Shown piece by piece: positions 27,125-38,598 of a stretch of DNA of 64,000 nt. The stretch lies in contig CM126205.1 of assembly GCA_052327205.1 (NCBI GenBank), forward strand, positions 254,448,001-254,512,000. The letters run 5' to 3'. The notes beneath the pieces were generated by a model. That model was not told where the DNA came from. It did not search any database and was given only the letters and a program-made list of their open reading frames with translations. Numbering within the stretch: position 1 is the first letter of the stretch; every line of letters begins with the position of its first letter. Made by a program: the position numbers and the translations under genes. The DNA comes from Somniosus microcephalus (lineage: Eukaryota).

Positions 27125-28670
27125 AAGAACATAAGAAATAGGAGCAGGAGTAGGCCACTCGGCCCTTCGAGTCTGCTCCGCCATTCAATAAGATCATGGC
27201 TGATCTTCTACCTCATCTCCACTTTCCTGCACTATCCCCATACCCCCTGATTCCCTCTATATTCAAAAATCTATCGATCTCTATCTTGAATATACTCAAC
27301 GACTGAGCCTCCACAGCCTTCTGGGGTAGAGAATTCCAAAGATTCACCACCCTCTGAATGAAGAAATTTCTCCTCATCTCGGTCCTAAATGGCCGACCCC
27401 TTATTCTGAGACTGTGACCCCCTGGTTCTGGAGTCCCCAACCAGGAGAAACATCCTCCCTGCATCTACCCTGTCAAGCTGTAAGAATTTTGTATGTTTCA
27501 ATTAAATCACCTCTCATTCTTCTGAACTCTAGGCCTAGTCTACTCAATCTCTCCTCATAGGACAATCCCCCCATCCCAGGAACCAGTCTGGTGAACCTTC
27601 TTGCACTCCCTCTATGGCAAGTATATCCTTCCTTAGGTAAGGAGACCAAAACTGTACAAAATACTCCAGGTGTGGTCTCACCAGGGCCCTATATAATTGC
27701 AGTAAGACGTCTTTACTCTTGTACTCAAATCCTCTTGTAATAAAGGCCAACATACCATTTGCTTTCCTAATTGCTTGTTGTTACCTGCATGTTAACTTTC
27801 AGTGATTCATGTACAAGGACACCCAGGTCCCTCTGAACACCAACATTTCCCAATCTCTCACCATTTAAAAAATACTCTGCTTTTCTATTTTTCCTACCAA
27901 AGTGGATAACTTCACATTTCTCCACATTATATACCATTTGCCATGTTCTTACCCGCTCACTTAGCCTGCCTATAGCCCCTTGAAGCCTCCTTGCATCCTC
28001 CTCACAACTTGCATCCTTAACCAGCTTTGTATCATCAGCAAACTTGGATATAAATTACATTTGGTCCCCTCATCCAAATCATTGATGTAGCTTGTGAATA
28101 GCTGAGGCCCAAGCACTGATCATCGTGGTACCCCACTAGTTACAGCCTGCCAACCCAAAAATGACCTGTTTATTCCTACTCTCTGTTTTCTGTCTGTTAT
28201 CCAATCCTCAATCCATGCTAGTATATTACCCCCAATCCCATAAGCCCTAATTTTGTTTAATAACCTCTTGTGTGGCACCTTATCAAATGCCTTCTGAAAA
28301 TCCAAATACACCACATCCACTGGTTCCCCCTTATCTATTCTGCTAGTTACAACCTCTAAAGACTCTTAACAGATTTGTCAAACACGATTTCCCTTTCATA
28401 AATCCGTGTTGACTCTGCCCAATCCTATTATTTTCTAAGTGCCCTGTTACCATGTTCTTAATAATAGATTCTAGCATTTTCCCTACTACTGATGTCAGGC
28501 TGTAACTGGTCTGTAGTTCCCCATTTTCTCTCTCCCTCCTTTCTTAAATAGTGGGGTTACATTTGCTACCTTCCAATCCGTGGGAACCGTTCTGGAATCT
28601 ATGGAATTTTGGAAAATGACAACCAATGCATCCACTATCTCTATAGCCACCTCTTTCAAAACCCTAGGAT
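27125..28670 (-). mobile_element. CR1 LINE, 5'-truncated
   Basis: YLDFQKAFDKVPH, LYRALVRPHLEY, FRTEMRRNFF; (ttcttatg)-type tail. Confidence 0.92.
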
Positions 28671-29384
28671 GTTTCACCTGGCCACCCTTTCCGAGTCTTG
28701 ATTCCTAATTTGCCCTTTTTTCCAAACTAGGGCCACTATGACTCATAATTAGTCATAGATTCTAGATAGATTTTCTTGGGCTTTTGCATAACTGGCTTTA
28801 GTTTACTTTGGTTTGAGAAATTGAAACTTCAATAGTGATTTTTGGAGCTCATCTCAGCAGAAAGTTAAGAAATAATCAGGGTTTGGAAGCCCATGTTTGT
28901 GAGTCAACTGTTCAACTTTTAAACGGTTTGCAATGTATTAGGCCAACTGGATAAATAGCTGTTTCTAGATGGTGTTCCTCACCTGGTCAAAGTTCCTCCC
29001 TGTTACACTTGGGAACCATTGAAAAACTGCTAATGTTTTACAAGAAAAAGATTTTTCTCTGAGCCGTTTTTGACAACCAAGGGATCTGGAGGATTTTGCC
29101 CTAGTTTAGGGATAAGCAAATTCCTCGAGAAGGAGAAGTTCATGAGCATTACACAATCTCAGACATTTTTCCTAAGTGATTGGTAGGCCTTGATTCACCT
29201 CCTGAATGTATTTTCATGTTGAGATTGACCCAGGACATCAGGCGTTCTTGTTTAAGGAAACAACACTTGCTTGTTTATCTTTGTTTAGCTGTTGCAACAC
29301 TCTGAGGACCCCATCAATGAACAACAGTGACAACATATGCAACAGGTTTTCTGCATCTCCAGGATTATTATTAATTATAAGAAA

Positions 29385-29510
29385 TCTTACTCTTCTTTGA
29401 ATTGTGCCATGAGATCTTTAACGATTTAACACATCATCCAAAGGACCTGACTTCCATCACAATGCTCCCTCATTACTGCATTGAAATATCTATCTAGATT
29501 ATGAGCTAAT
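29385..29510 (-). mobile_element. Decayed Deu-SINE-like fragment
   Basis: gtgccatgagatcttta, catccaaagga, ccctcattactgcattg resemble the reverse complement of the Deu-SINE body. Confidence 0.4.
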
Positions 29511-29964
29511 GTATCATCAGAGGCCTTATAACAAGCAATCAAATAAAATGAAGAACAAACCTCCACACTTTTGTGTTACTATGCACACTGAAAAAGCATT
29601 GAAACATTGTTTTAACGACTGCCCAAAAACAGTAATAATATTTCCAAGACACCTATATACAAAGTGTTTATTGCAAGTGTGATCAAATTATTATTTTTTT
29701 TTACAATGGTTCTGAAATATTCTGTTAAATTTCTTTGTAGTATAATTCTGTAGTAGGATCTTGTTTACCATATTAACTTGATTGCTTCCATTTGTATTGC
29801 ACCAGAAGAAAATTTTACTTCATATACAGCTAATTTAGAAAAAATAAGCACAAATTAGGAATCAAGATTCAGAATGGTGGTGAGGTGAAGAAAAGTAAAA
29901 CAAATACATCAAATGGATACTTCCTATTTGTTTTTAATGATTTATATTCTAATTTTGTTTTCAG

Positions 29965-30084
29965 AACACTTTGCATCGTCAAATAGTGAACTGAAGAAGT
30001 TAACAAAACCAGAGTCAAAAAGGTCTTCTGAGAAACAACAGAACGTGAATGTTAAGAAACAGCATGTTGAATCCAAGATGAATG
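29965..30084 (+). CDS. Duplicate 120-nt phase 1-1 exon (EHFASSNSELKKLTKPESKRSSEKQQNVNVKKQHVESKMN)
   Basis: Five substitutions versus 20577-20696; splice sites intact and identical. Confidence 0.68.
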
Positions 30085-30754
30085 GTAATTATATATTAGC
30101 AGTAGATTACTTTGCACAGTATTTTTTGTCACTTGCTGTACTGAATGCTGAGCAGTGTTCTGCAAATGTATTAATTATGCAGTTCAGTTTTCATTCTTGG
30201 AAGAATAAAACTGCATTATTACAAACTTCTTACATTACCTGAAAAATGATTTGAGACGGAAAAAATACAATGACTTCAGTCTTCCCAGTATTTAGTTAGA
30301 GGCAATTTCTGCTGTCGGACAAGCAGTGTGACAAATCAGAGACAGTCGAGGGGTTGAGATAGGTGGTGGTGAGGTAGAGCTGAGTGTTGTCAGCGTACAT
30401 GTGGAACCTGATGTGTTTTTGGATGATGTCGCTGAGGGGCAGCATGTAGATAGGAGGGGGGCCAAGGATAGATCCCTGGGGGGCTCCAGAGGTAACAGTG
30501 TGGGAGCAGGAATTGAAGCCTTTGCAGGCGATTTTCTGGCTACGACTGGATAGATAAGAATGGAACTAGACGAGGGCAGTCCCACCCAGCTGGACGACAT
30601 AGAAACATAGAAGATAGGAGCAGGAGTAGGCCATTCAGCCCCTCGAGCCTGTTCCGCCATTTAATGAGATCATGGCTGATCATTCAAATTCAGTACCCAG
30701 TCCCAGCTTTCTCCCCATATCCCTTGATTCCTTTAGCCTTAAGAAATATATCTA

Positions 30755-31087
30755 CAGGAAACTTTGGTTTATCCGGAGGTTGTATGTCCGGAAACCTCGA
30801 TCTACTGGCAGAAATCAGGAGCCGTTTTGTTAGGTTTTTTTTCTTCTCGTGGCTTTTTTTTTCCAACAGTCAGGCTCTGGAAAGTCTCTCTGAAGCTGTT
30901 GCTAAGCTACAGAGACGCTTCCAAGGTACGGGCCGACTGTTTAGAAGCTGTTGCTAAGCAACAGTGTTTGTTGTCAGATACGGAGATGAAAACCTCCGTA
31001 TGCTTCAACATTAACGCTGGTATGTCTGGCAGTTTTGATAGATCGGCAACAGCTCGGTCCCGTCGGTGCCAGATATAACGTTTCCTG
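30755..31087. mobile_element. Tc1/mariner (pogo/Tigger-like) MITE
   Basis: TIR CAGGAAAC...GTTTCCTG with TA duplication; the empty site is visible in the related tail at ~16478; second copy at 58785. Confidence 0.85.
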
Positions 31088-32608
31088 TAACTCTTTCTTG
31101 AATATATTTAATAAGTTGGCCTCAACTGCCTTCTGTGGTAGAGAATTTCACAGGTTCACCACTCTCTGGGTGAAGAAATTCCTCCTCATCTCAGTCCTAA
31201 ATGGCTTACCCCTTATCCTTAGACTGTGACCCCTGGTTCTGGACTCCCCTGCCATCGGGAACATCCTTCCTGCATCTAGTCTGCCTAGTCCTGTTAGAAT
31301 TTTATAAGTTTCAATGAGATCCCCTCTCATTCTTCTAAACTCTAGCGAATATAAGCCTAATCGACCCAATCTCTCTTCATCCGTTATTCCTGCCATCCCA
31401 GGTATCAGTCTGGTGAATCTTCGCTGCACTCCCTCCATGGCAAGAACATCCTTCCTCAGATAAGGCGACCAAAACTGCACACAGTACTCAAGGTGTGGTC
31501 TCACCAAGGCCCTGTACAACTGCAGCAAGATATCCTTGCTCCTGTACTCGAATCCTCTCGCTATGAAGGCCAACATACCATTTGCCTTCTTAACCGCCTG
31601 CCGCACCTGCATGCTTACCTTCAGCGACTGGTGCACAAGAACACCCAGGTCTCGTTGCACTTCCCCTTTTCCCAATCTATTGCCGTTCAGATTCTTCCTG
31701 TTTTTGCCACCAAAGTGGATAACCTCGCATTTATCCACATTATACAGCATCTCCCATGCATCTGCCCAATCACCCAACCTGTCCAAATCACACTGGAGTT
31801 TCTCTGCATCCTCCTCACAGCACACACGCCCACCCAGCTTTGTGTCGTCTGCAAACCTGGAGATATTACATCTAGTTCCCTTGTCTAGATCATTAATATA
31901 TATTGTGAATAGCTGGGGTCCTAGCACCGATCCCTGCGGTACCCCACTAGTCACTGCCTGCCACTCGGGAAAAAAACCCGTTTATTCCAACTCTTTGCTT
32001 CTTGTCTGCTAACCAGTTCTCTATCTAAGTCAGTACCTTACCCCCAATCCCATGTGCTTTAACTTTGCACACCAATCTCTTATGCGGGACCTTATCGAAA
32101 GCCTTCTGAAAGTCCAAATACACCACATCCACTGGTTCTCCCTTATCTATTCTACCAGTTACATCCTCAAAAAATTCCAGTAGATTAGTCAAGCATGATT
32201 TACCTTTTGTAAATCCATGTTGACTTTGTCCGATCCTGTCACTGTTTTCCAAGTGCTCTGCTATTACATCTTTTATAATGGACTCTAGCATTTTCCCCAC
32301 TACCGATGTCAGGCTTAACGGTGTGTAATTCCCCGTTTTCTCTCTACCACCTTTTTTGAATAGTGGGGTTACATTAGCTACCCTTCAATCCATGGGAACT
32401 ATTCCAGAGTCTATAGAATTTTGGAAGATGACCAGCAATGCATCTACTATTTCTAGGGCCACTTCCTTAAGTACCCTAGGATGTAGATTATCAAGCCCTG
32501 GGGATTTATCGGTCTTCAATGCCGTCAATTTCCCTAACACCATTTCCCTACAAATACTGATTTCATTCAATTCCTCCCTCTCATTAGACCCTATGTTCCC
32601 CGACATCT

Positions 32609-32968
32609 CACACACACAGAATCACACAGAAACCCCACAGTGCAGATAGAGGCCATTTCGGCCCATCGAGCCTGCACCGACACATATCCCACCCGATCCC
32701 CGTAACCCCTACACCAACACATATCCCACCCTATCCCTGTAACCCCACGTATTTAATCCCCCTAACACTAAGGGTCAATTTATCATAGCCAATCAACCTA
32801 ACCCGCACATCTTTGGACTGTGGGAGGAAACCGGAGTACCCGGAGAAAACCCACGCAAACACGGGGAGAATGTGCAAACTCCACACAGACAGTCGCCCGA
32901 GGCCGGATTCGAACCCGGGTCTCTGGCGCTGTGAGGCAACAGTGCTAACCACTATGCCACCGTGCTGC
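32609..32968 (-). mobile_element. tRNA-derived V-SINE (HE1-like)
   Basis: A box TGGCATAGTGG, B box GGTTCGAATCC, V-domain tgtgtggagtttgcacattctccccgtg, LINE-like tail. Confidence 0.9.
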
Positions 32969-35900
32969 TCTGGGAGGTTATTTGTGTCCTCCTTTGTGAA
33001 GACAGAACCAAAGTATGTATTTAATTGGTCTGCCATTTCTTTGTTCCCCATGATAAATTCCCCTGATTCTGACTGCTAGGGACCTACGCTTGACTTCACC
33101 AATCTTTTTCTCTTCACATATCTATAGAAACTTTTACAGTCAGTTTTTATGTTCCCTGCAAGCTTACTCTCATATTCTATTTTCCCCCTCTTAATTAATC
33201 CCTTTGCCCTCCTTGGATCTTATGCTATCCCTAATTTCCCTTGTTCGCCACCTTGAGTCACCTTTTTTGTTTTATTTTTATGCCAAACAGGGATGAACAA
33301 ATTCTGTAGTTCATCCATGCGATCTTTAAATGTTTGCCATTGCCTATCCACCGTCAACCCTTTTAAGTAACGTTCCCCAATCCATCCTAGCCAACTCGCG
33401 CCTCATACCATCTTAGTTTCCTTTATTTAAATTCAGGATGCTAGTCTCTGAGTCAACTACTTCACTCTCCATCTTAATGAAGAATTCCATCATATTATGA
33501 TCGCTCCTCCCCAAGGGGCCTCGCACAACAAGATTGCTAATTAATCCTTTCTCATTACGCAATACCCAGTCTAAGATGGCCTGATCTCTAGTTGGTTCCT
33601 CGACATATTGGTCCAGGAAACCATCCCGTATACATTCTAGGAATTCCTCCTCCACATTATTGTTACTAATTTGGTTAGCCCAATCTATATGTAGATTAAA
33701 GTCACCCATGATAACTGCTGTGCCCTTATTGCACGCATCTCTAATTTCCCATTTAATGCCATCCCCAACCTCAGCATTACTGTTTGGGGGTCTGTATACA
33801 ACTCCCACTAACGTTTTCTGTCCCTTGGTATTTCTCAGCTCTACCCATACAGATTCCACATCATCAGAGCTAATATCCTTCCTTACTATTGTGTTAATCT
33901 CCTCTTTAACCAGCAATGCTACCCCACCTCCTTTTCCTTTTTGCCTGTCCTTCCTGAATATTGAATACCCCTGGATGTTGAATTCCCAGCCTTGGTCACC
34001 CTGGAGCCATGTCTCCGTAATTCCAATTACATCATATCCATTTACATCTATTTGCACTGCTAATTCATCCACCTTATTACAAATGCCCGTCGCATTAAGA
34101 CACAAAGCCATCAGGCTTGTTTTTTTAACATTCTTAGTCCTTTTAGAATTATTATTTACTGTAGCCCTGTTTGATTTACACCCTTGATTTCTCTGCCTTC
34201 CACTTTTGCTTTTCTCCTTCCTGTCTTTTGTTTCTATCCTTGCTTCCCTTTCCACTGTCTCCCTGCACAGGTTCCCAACCCCCTGCCATTTTAGTTTATA
34301 CCCTCCCCAACAGCACTAGCAAACACTCCCCCTAGGACATCGGTCCCGGTCCCACCCAGGTGCAAACCGTTCAGTTTGTACTGGTCCCACCTCCCCCAGA
34401 ACCGGTTCCAATGTCCCAGGAATTTGAATCCCTCCCCCTTGCACCACTCCTCTAGCCACGTATTCATCTGAAATATCCTTCTATTTCTACTCTGACTAGC
34501 ACGTGGCACTGGTAGCAATCCTGAGATTACAACCTTTGAGGTCCTATTTTTTAGTTTACTTCCTAACTCCCTATATTCTGCTTTTAGGACCTCATCCCGT
34601 TTTATACCTATGTCGTTGGTACCTATATGCACCACGACAACTGGTTGTTCACCCTCCCCCTCCAGAATGCCCTGCAGCCGCCCCGAGACATCCTTGACCC
34701 TTGCACCAGGGAGGCAAAATACCATCCTGGAGCCTCATTTACAGCCACAGAAACGCCTATCTATTCCCCTTGCAATAGAATCCCCTATCACTATAACTCT
34801 CCTGCTCTTTCTCCTCCTGTCCTGTGCAGCAGAACCACTCATGGTGCCAGGAAGTTAGCTGCTGCTGCCTTCCCCTGATAAGCCATCTCCCTCAACAATA
34901 TCCAAAGTGGTATATCTGTTTGAGAGGGGGATGGCCACAGGGGACGGAGGAGAGGCGTTAGAGGAGGATGGTGTGGTCAACCATGTCAAAGGCTGCAGAC
35001 AGGTCGAGAAGGATGAGGAGGGATAGTTTACAATGGTCACAGTCACAAAGGATGTCATTTGTGACTTTGATAAGGACCGTTTCAGTGCTGTGGCAGGGAC
35101 GGAAACCTGATTGGAGGGGTGCAAGCATGGAGTTGCAGAAAAGATGGGCATGGATTTGAGAGGCGACAACACGTTTTAGGTCTTTGGGAAGGAAAGGGGT
35201 ATTGGAAATGGGGCGGTAGTTTGCAAGAACAGAGGGCTCAGGGTGGGTTTTTTGAGGAGGGGGGCTTTGAAGGGGAGGGGGACAGTACCTGAGGAGAGGC
35301 AGCTGTTAATAATATCAGCTAACATGGGGACCAGGAAGGGAAGATGGGTGGTCAGCAGTTTGGTGGCAATAGGGTTGAGGGAGCAGGAAGAGGGTCTCAA
35401 ACTATGCAATTCAGTTTTCATTCTTAGAATAATGAAACTGCATTATTACAAACTTCTCATATTGACTGAAAAAACCTGTTTTAGTTAGGAAAATTGAGGA
35501 GAGAGGATATTGAGAGAGGTTTTATCCCTTGTATCTGGACTTGATTTGAATCCAAAGGACAGTAACCTAAATCCTTCTAATCCTCAGAATGCACTTTTTC
35601 AATTGTTTCTTTCAAGTTGCTAATAATGCCAATTTTGGTAGATATCTTCTCAGTTTACCAGTAATGATCAGGCTTCCTTGCAATGTGAATCAGATCTGTA
35701 GGTTCCAAGTTGTATTACCAATATTTATTATAATGTATGATTTTAATCTTCTCGAGTATTGATGGGTATCACATTTCCTTTGTAGGAGTTTAAAAGTTAC
35801 AAGTTTCAGATTGACACTTGCAGTCAAGTTGTGGACATTTGCTCATGTCTTTTGTTGTGTTTGTTTTACTGTTTCACCTGACCACCCTCTCCGAATCTTG

Positions 35901-36340
35901 ATTCCTAATTTGCCCTTTTTTCCAAACTAGGTCCACTATGATTCATAATTAACCATAGATTCTAGATAGATTTTCTTGGGCTTTTGCATAACTGGCTTTA
36001 GTCTACTTTGGTTTGAGAAATTGAAACTTCAGTAGTGATTTTTGGAGCTCATCTCAGCAGAAAGTTAAGAAATAATCAGGGTTTGGAAGTCTGTGAATCA
36101 ACTGTTCAACTTTTAAACAGTTTGCAATGTATTAGGCCAACTGGATAAATAGCTGTTTTTAGATGGTGTTCCTCACCTGGTCAAAGTTCCTTCCTGTTAC
36201 ACTTGGGAACCATTGAAAAACTGCTGATGCTTTACAAGAAAAAGAGATTTTTCTCTGAGCCTTTTTTGACAACCAAGGGATCTGGAGGATTTTGCCCTGG
36301 CTTAGAGATAAGCAAATTCCTCGAGAAGGAAAATTGCAAT

Positions 36341-38598
36341 GGGCCAGAATTGCAAGCCCCGTTTTTGCACTTACCCCGCGCTCCTGCCGATCAGCTCCAG
36401 GGACGCCTGCACTTGCTGAAACAGAAAGAAGAATCCCGGGCAGCGTATGACGTCACGCCGCCTAGGAGTGCAGCCAGCGCGAAGCCAGGAGCGTGCAGTG
36501 CAAGTGAGACACGCCCCTTGAGGTCTCAGTTTCACTGGACACGCCCCCAATGTTTCTGTCAAGCTGCTAAGCATTTTTACATGCAAAGCAGCAGTTTAAA
36601 TAGGTTTCTGGAAGTTTTTTGAAGATTTTGGTAACTTTTATAAACTTTTTAAAATGTTTACATTATTTTGAGTAATCTGAAGTAGTTTTAAAGAGAATTA
36701 AAGCAATTTAAAGACTTTTAAAAGCCCTAAAAGAATTTTTTTTATTCCATTTATTTATTTAGCAATGTCGTCGTCATACGTGTCTTCACACTGTTCCCTT
36801 TGGGGAACTGTATGAAGTGGTGGAAGGATTTATGGCCATGATTAATGCTCATTCCGTGACCGTAACCATCTTTGAACCAGCCATTAGGGCGGTTAGTCCT
36901 ATGGCGGGAGGGTTTTACGGGCTCCCACAAGCTATACAAGGAGTGGGGGCCACCCACACCCACGGACGCAAATATCCCACTGGATGTCAACCCAGAATTT
37001 AGAGCCGGAGCTCCGACTCCACTTGCCGGGACTGTCTGGAGCGGGGTTCGAAACCCTACCCTGATCTGGCCCAGCGGCGGGGATCCTACCGCTATGACAA
37101 AGGCCCAATCCGATTAGCAACGTGAAATGGCAGCATAGGGCTCCAGTCACGGGGAGGGAAAAGGCACAGGAAACGTATGGGTGTCACCTTTTGTGCGGAG
37201 TGGGCCTTTTGCGTAGCAGTAAGCATCCCCGCCGCTGGGCCAGAAGGGGTAGGGTTTTGAACCCCACTCCAGACAGTCCCGGCAAGTGGAGTCGGAGCTC
37301 CAACTTTAAATTCTGGGTGGACATCCAGCGGGATACTTGCGTCCGTGGGTGTTGGTGGCCCCCCCCCCTCAGATGGGTTGTGGGAGCCCGTAAAACCCTC
37401 CTGCCATAGGACTAACCACCCTAATGGCTGGTTCAAAGATGGTTACGGTCACAGAATGAGCGTTAATCACGGCCATAAATCCTTCCACCACTTCATACAG
37501 TTCCCCAAAGGGAACAGTGTGAGGATACGTACGATGATGACCTCTTGCGCAATGCACCTCCTTGGACCCTCAGTCGCAGATGCGAGGGGGCAAGTCGTGC
37601 AATTGTTAAATTTTTCATTTTATTGACATGTAAAATGTTGGCCCAGTAATTCCCTTCCAAATGTGCGAGTACGGTCGGGGTACTTACGCATCTGGCTGGA
37701 TGAAATGCCGGTTTTCAGCATGCACAGTGCATGTGGGGAAAACCGGCATTTCCTGTCCTCTGAACGAAGGAGTTCAGAGGCAGAACGCGTGCGACTGCAC
37801 AGGCAGTGCGTGCGCAGTATAATTCGCCGCTTTCATTAATGCTTTCAGTGAGGTCAAGTCATTACAACTTACACATGAAAAAAGCATGGGTACAGTTGCT
37901 CCAGAGGCTGCGGAGGAAGATATTTATTATCGTGGAGCTTCTGAAAGTATGTATGTCTGTATATATTCCTTTGCGTGTTATGTATATATTCCTTTACTTA
38001 TGTGTATGAATGTATTATTTAATTATGACTTTCAGAGAAAGTAACTTATTGGAAAATCATAATTAAAAACATACATTCATACACAGTAAAGGAATATAAA
38101 ACATACATACATATACGTAAAGGAATATATGTGGACATACATACATAACTCATTCTCACATTCCACTCACACAGCCACAATTGCTCCTTCTACCTACCGT
38201 TCTGAAAACCCTTTAAAAAAAAAAAAAAAAAAAAATTAACTTTAAAACTTACTTAAAATTTCTTAAAATAACTTCCCTCCCTTTCCCAAACAAAAATATT
38301 GCATTTCAGAAGCTCCACGATAAAATATATCTTCCTCCGCAGCCAATGAACAACTTTACACTTGCTTTTTTCAAGTGTAACTTCTAAGGACTTACCCTCA
38401 CTGAATCCATCATTGAAATCCACAAAGTTCACTGCGCAAGCGCTGCCTGTGCAGTCGCACGCGCTGTGAATAGACCTCGGGTCTGGAAATGCCGGCGTTC
38501 CCCGCATGCGCTGTTCCTGCTGAACGCCGGCATTTCCAACGGCCAGATGCGTGAGTACCCCGACCGTACTCACGCTTCTGGCCGCGAATTTCTGGCCC
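36341..38598. mobile_element. Composite non-autonomous TIR element with two long internal foldbacks
   Basis: Termini GGGCCAGAA(T/A)T / ATTTCTGGCCC with 3-bp TSD AAT; inverted arms 36767-37112/37195-37541 and 37640-38040/38050-38598. Confidence 0.8.

Larger units (their letters stand above)
20279..29131 (+). repeat. Tandem segmental duplication, copy 1 (about 1.5 kb core inflated by insertions)
   Basis: 20279-20956, 22127-22473 and 28670-29131 align in order with 29661-30265 and 35403-36330. Confidence 0.92.
30599..34940 (-). mobile_element. Long CR1 LINE with ORF1 esterase, APE endonuclease and RT, decayed
   Basis: ORF1 SGNH-type CLPGA..HIGTND..GLHL (34291-34725); APE ITETW, YRPP, GDFN, SDH (33413-34255); RT GVPQGSVLGP, FADD (31148-31954). 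Confidence 0.95.
30268..35398 (-). mobile_element. L2-like LINE fragment (30268-30598 and 34941-35398) split by a CR1
   Basis: Both pieces read as L2-type RT (ccccagggatctatccttggcccc, atgtacgctgacaacactcagctctac, gcagcctttgacatggttgaccacacc on the minus strand) and join across the CR1. Confidence 0.75.
29661..36330 (+). repeat. Tandem segmental duplication, copy 2
   Basis: See copy 1; carries a different set of insertions. Confidence 0.92.

Noticed and set aside
32880-32968. tRNA genes (also 42540-42605 and 56670-56743)
   Set aside because: tRNA-like heads continue into SINE bodies and tails.
36817-37557. Mirror-image short ORFs as a protein-coding gene pair
   Set aside because: They arise from the inverted repeat; frames contain stops and no recognisable motif.
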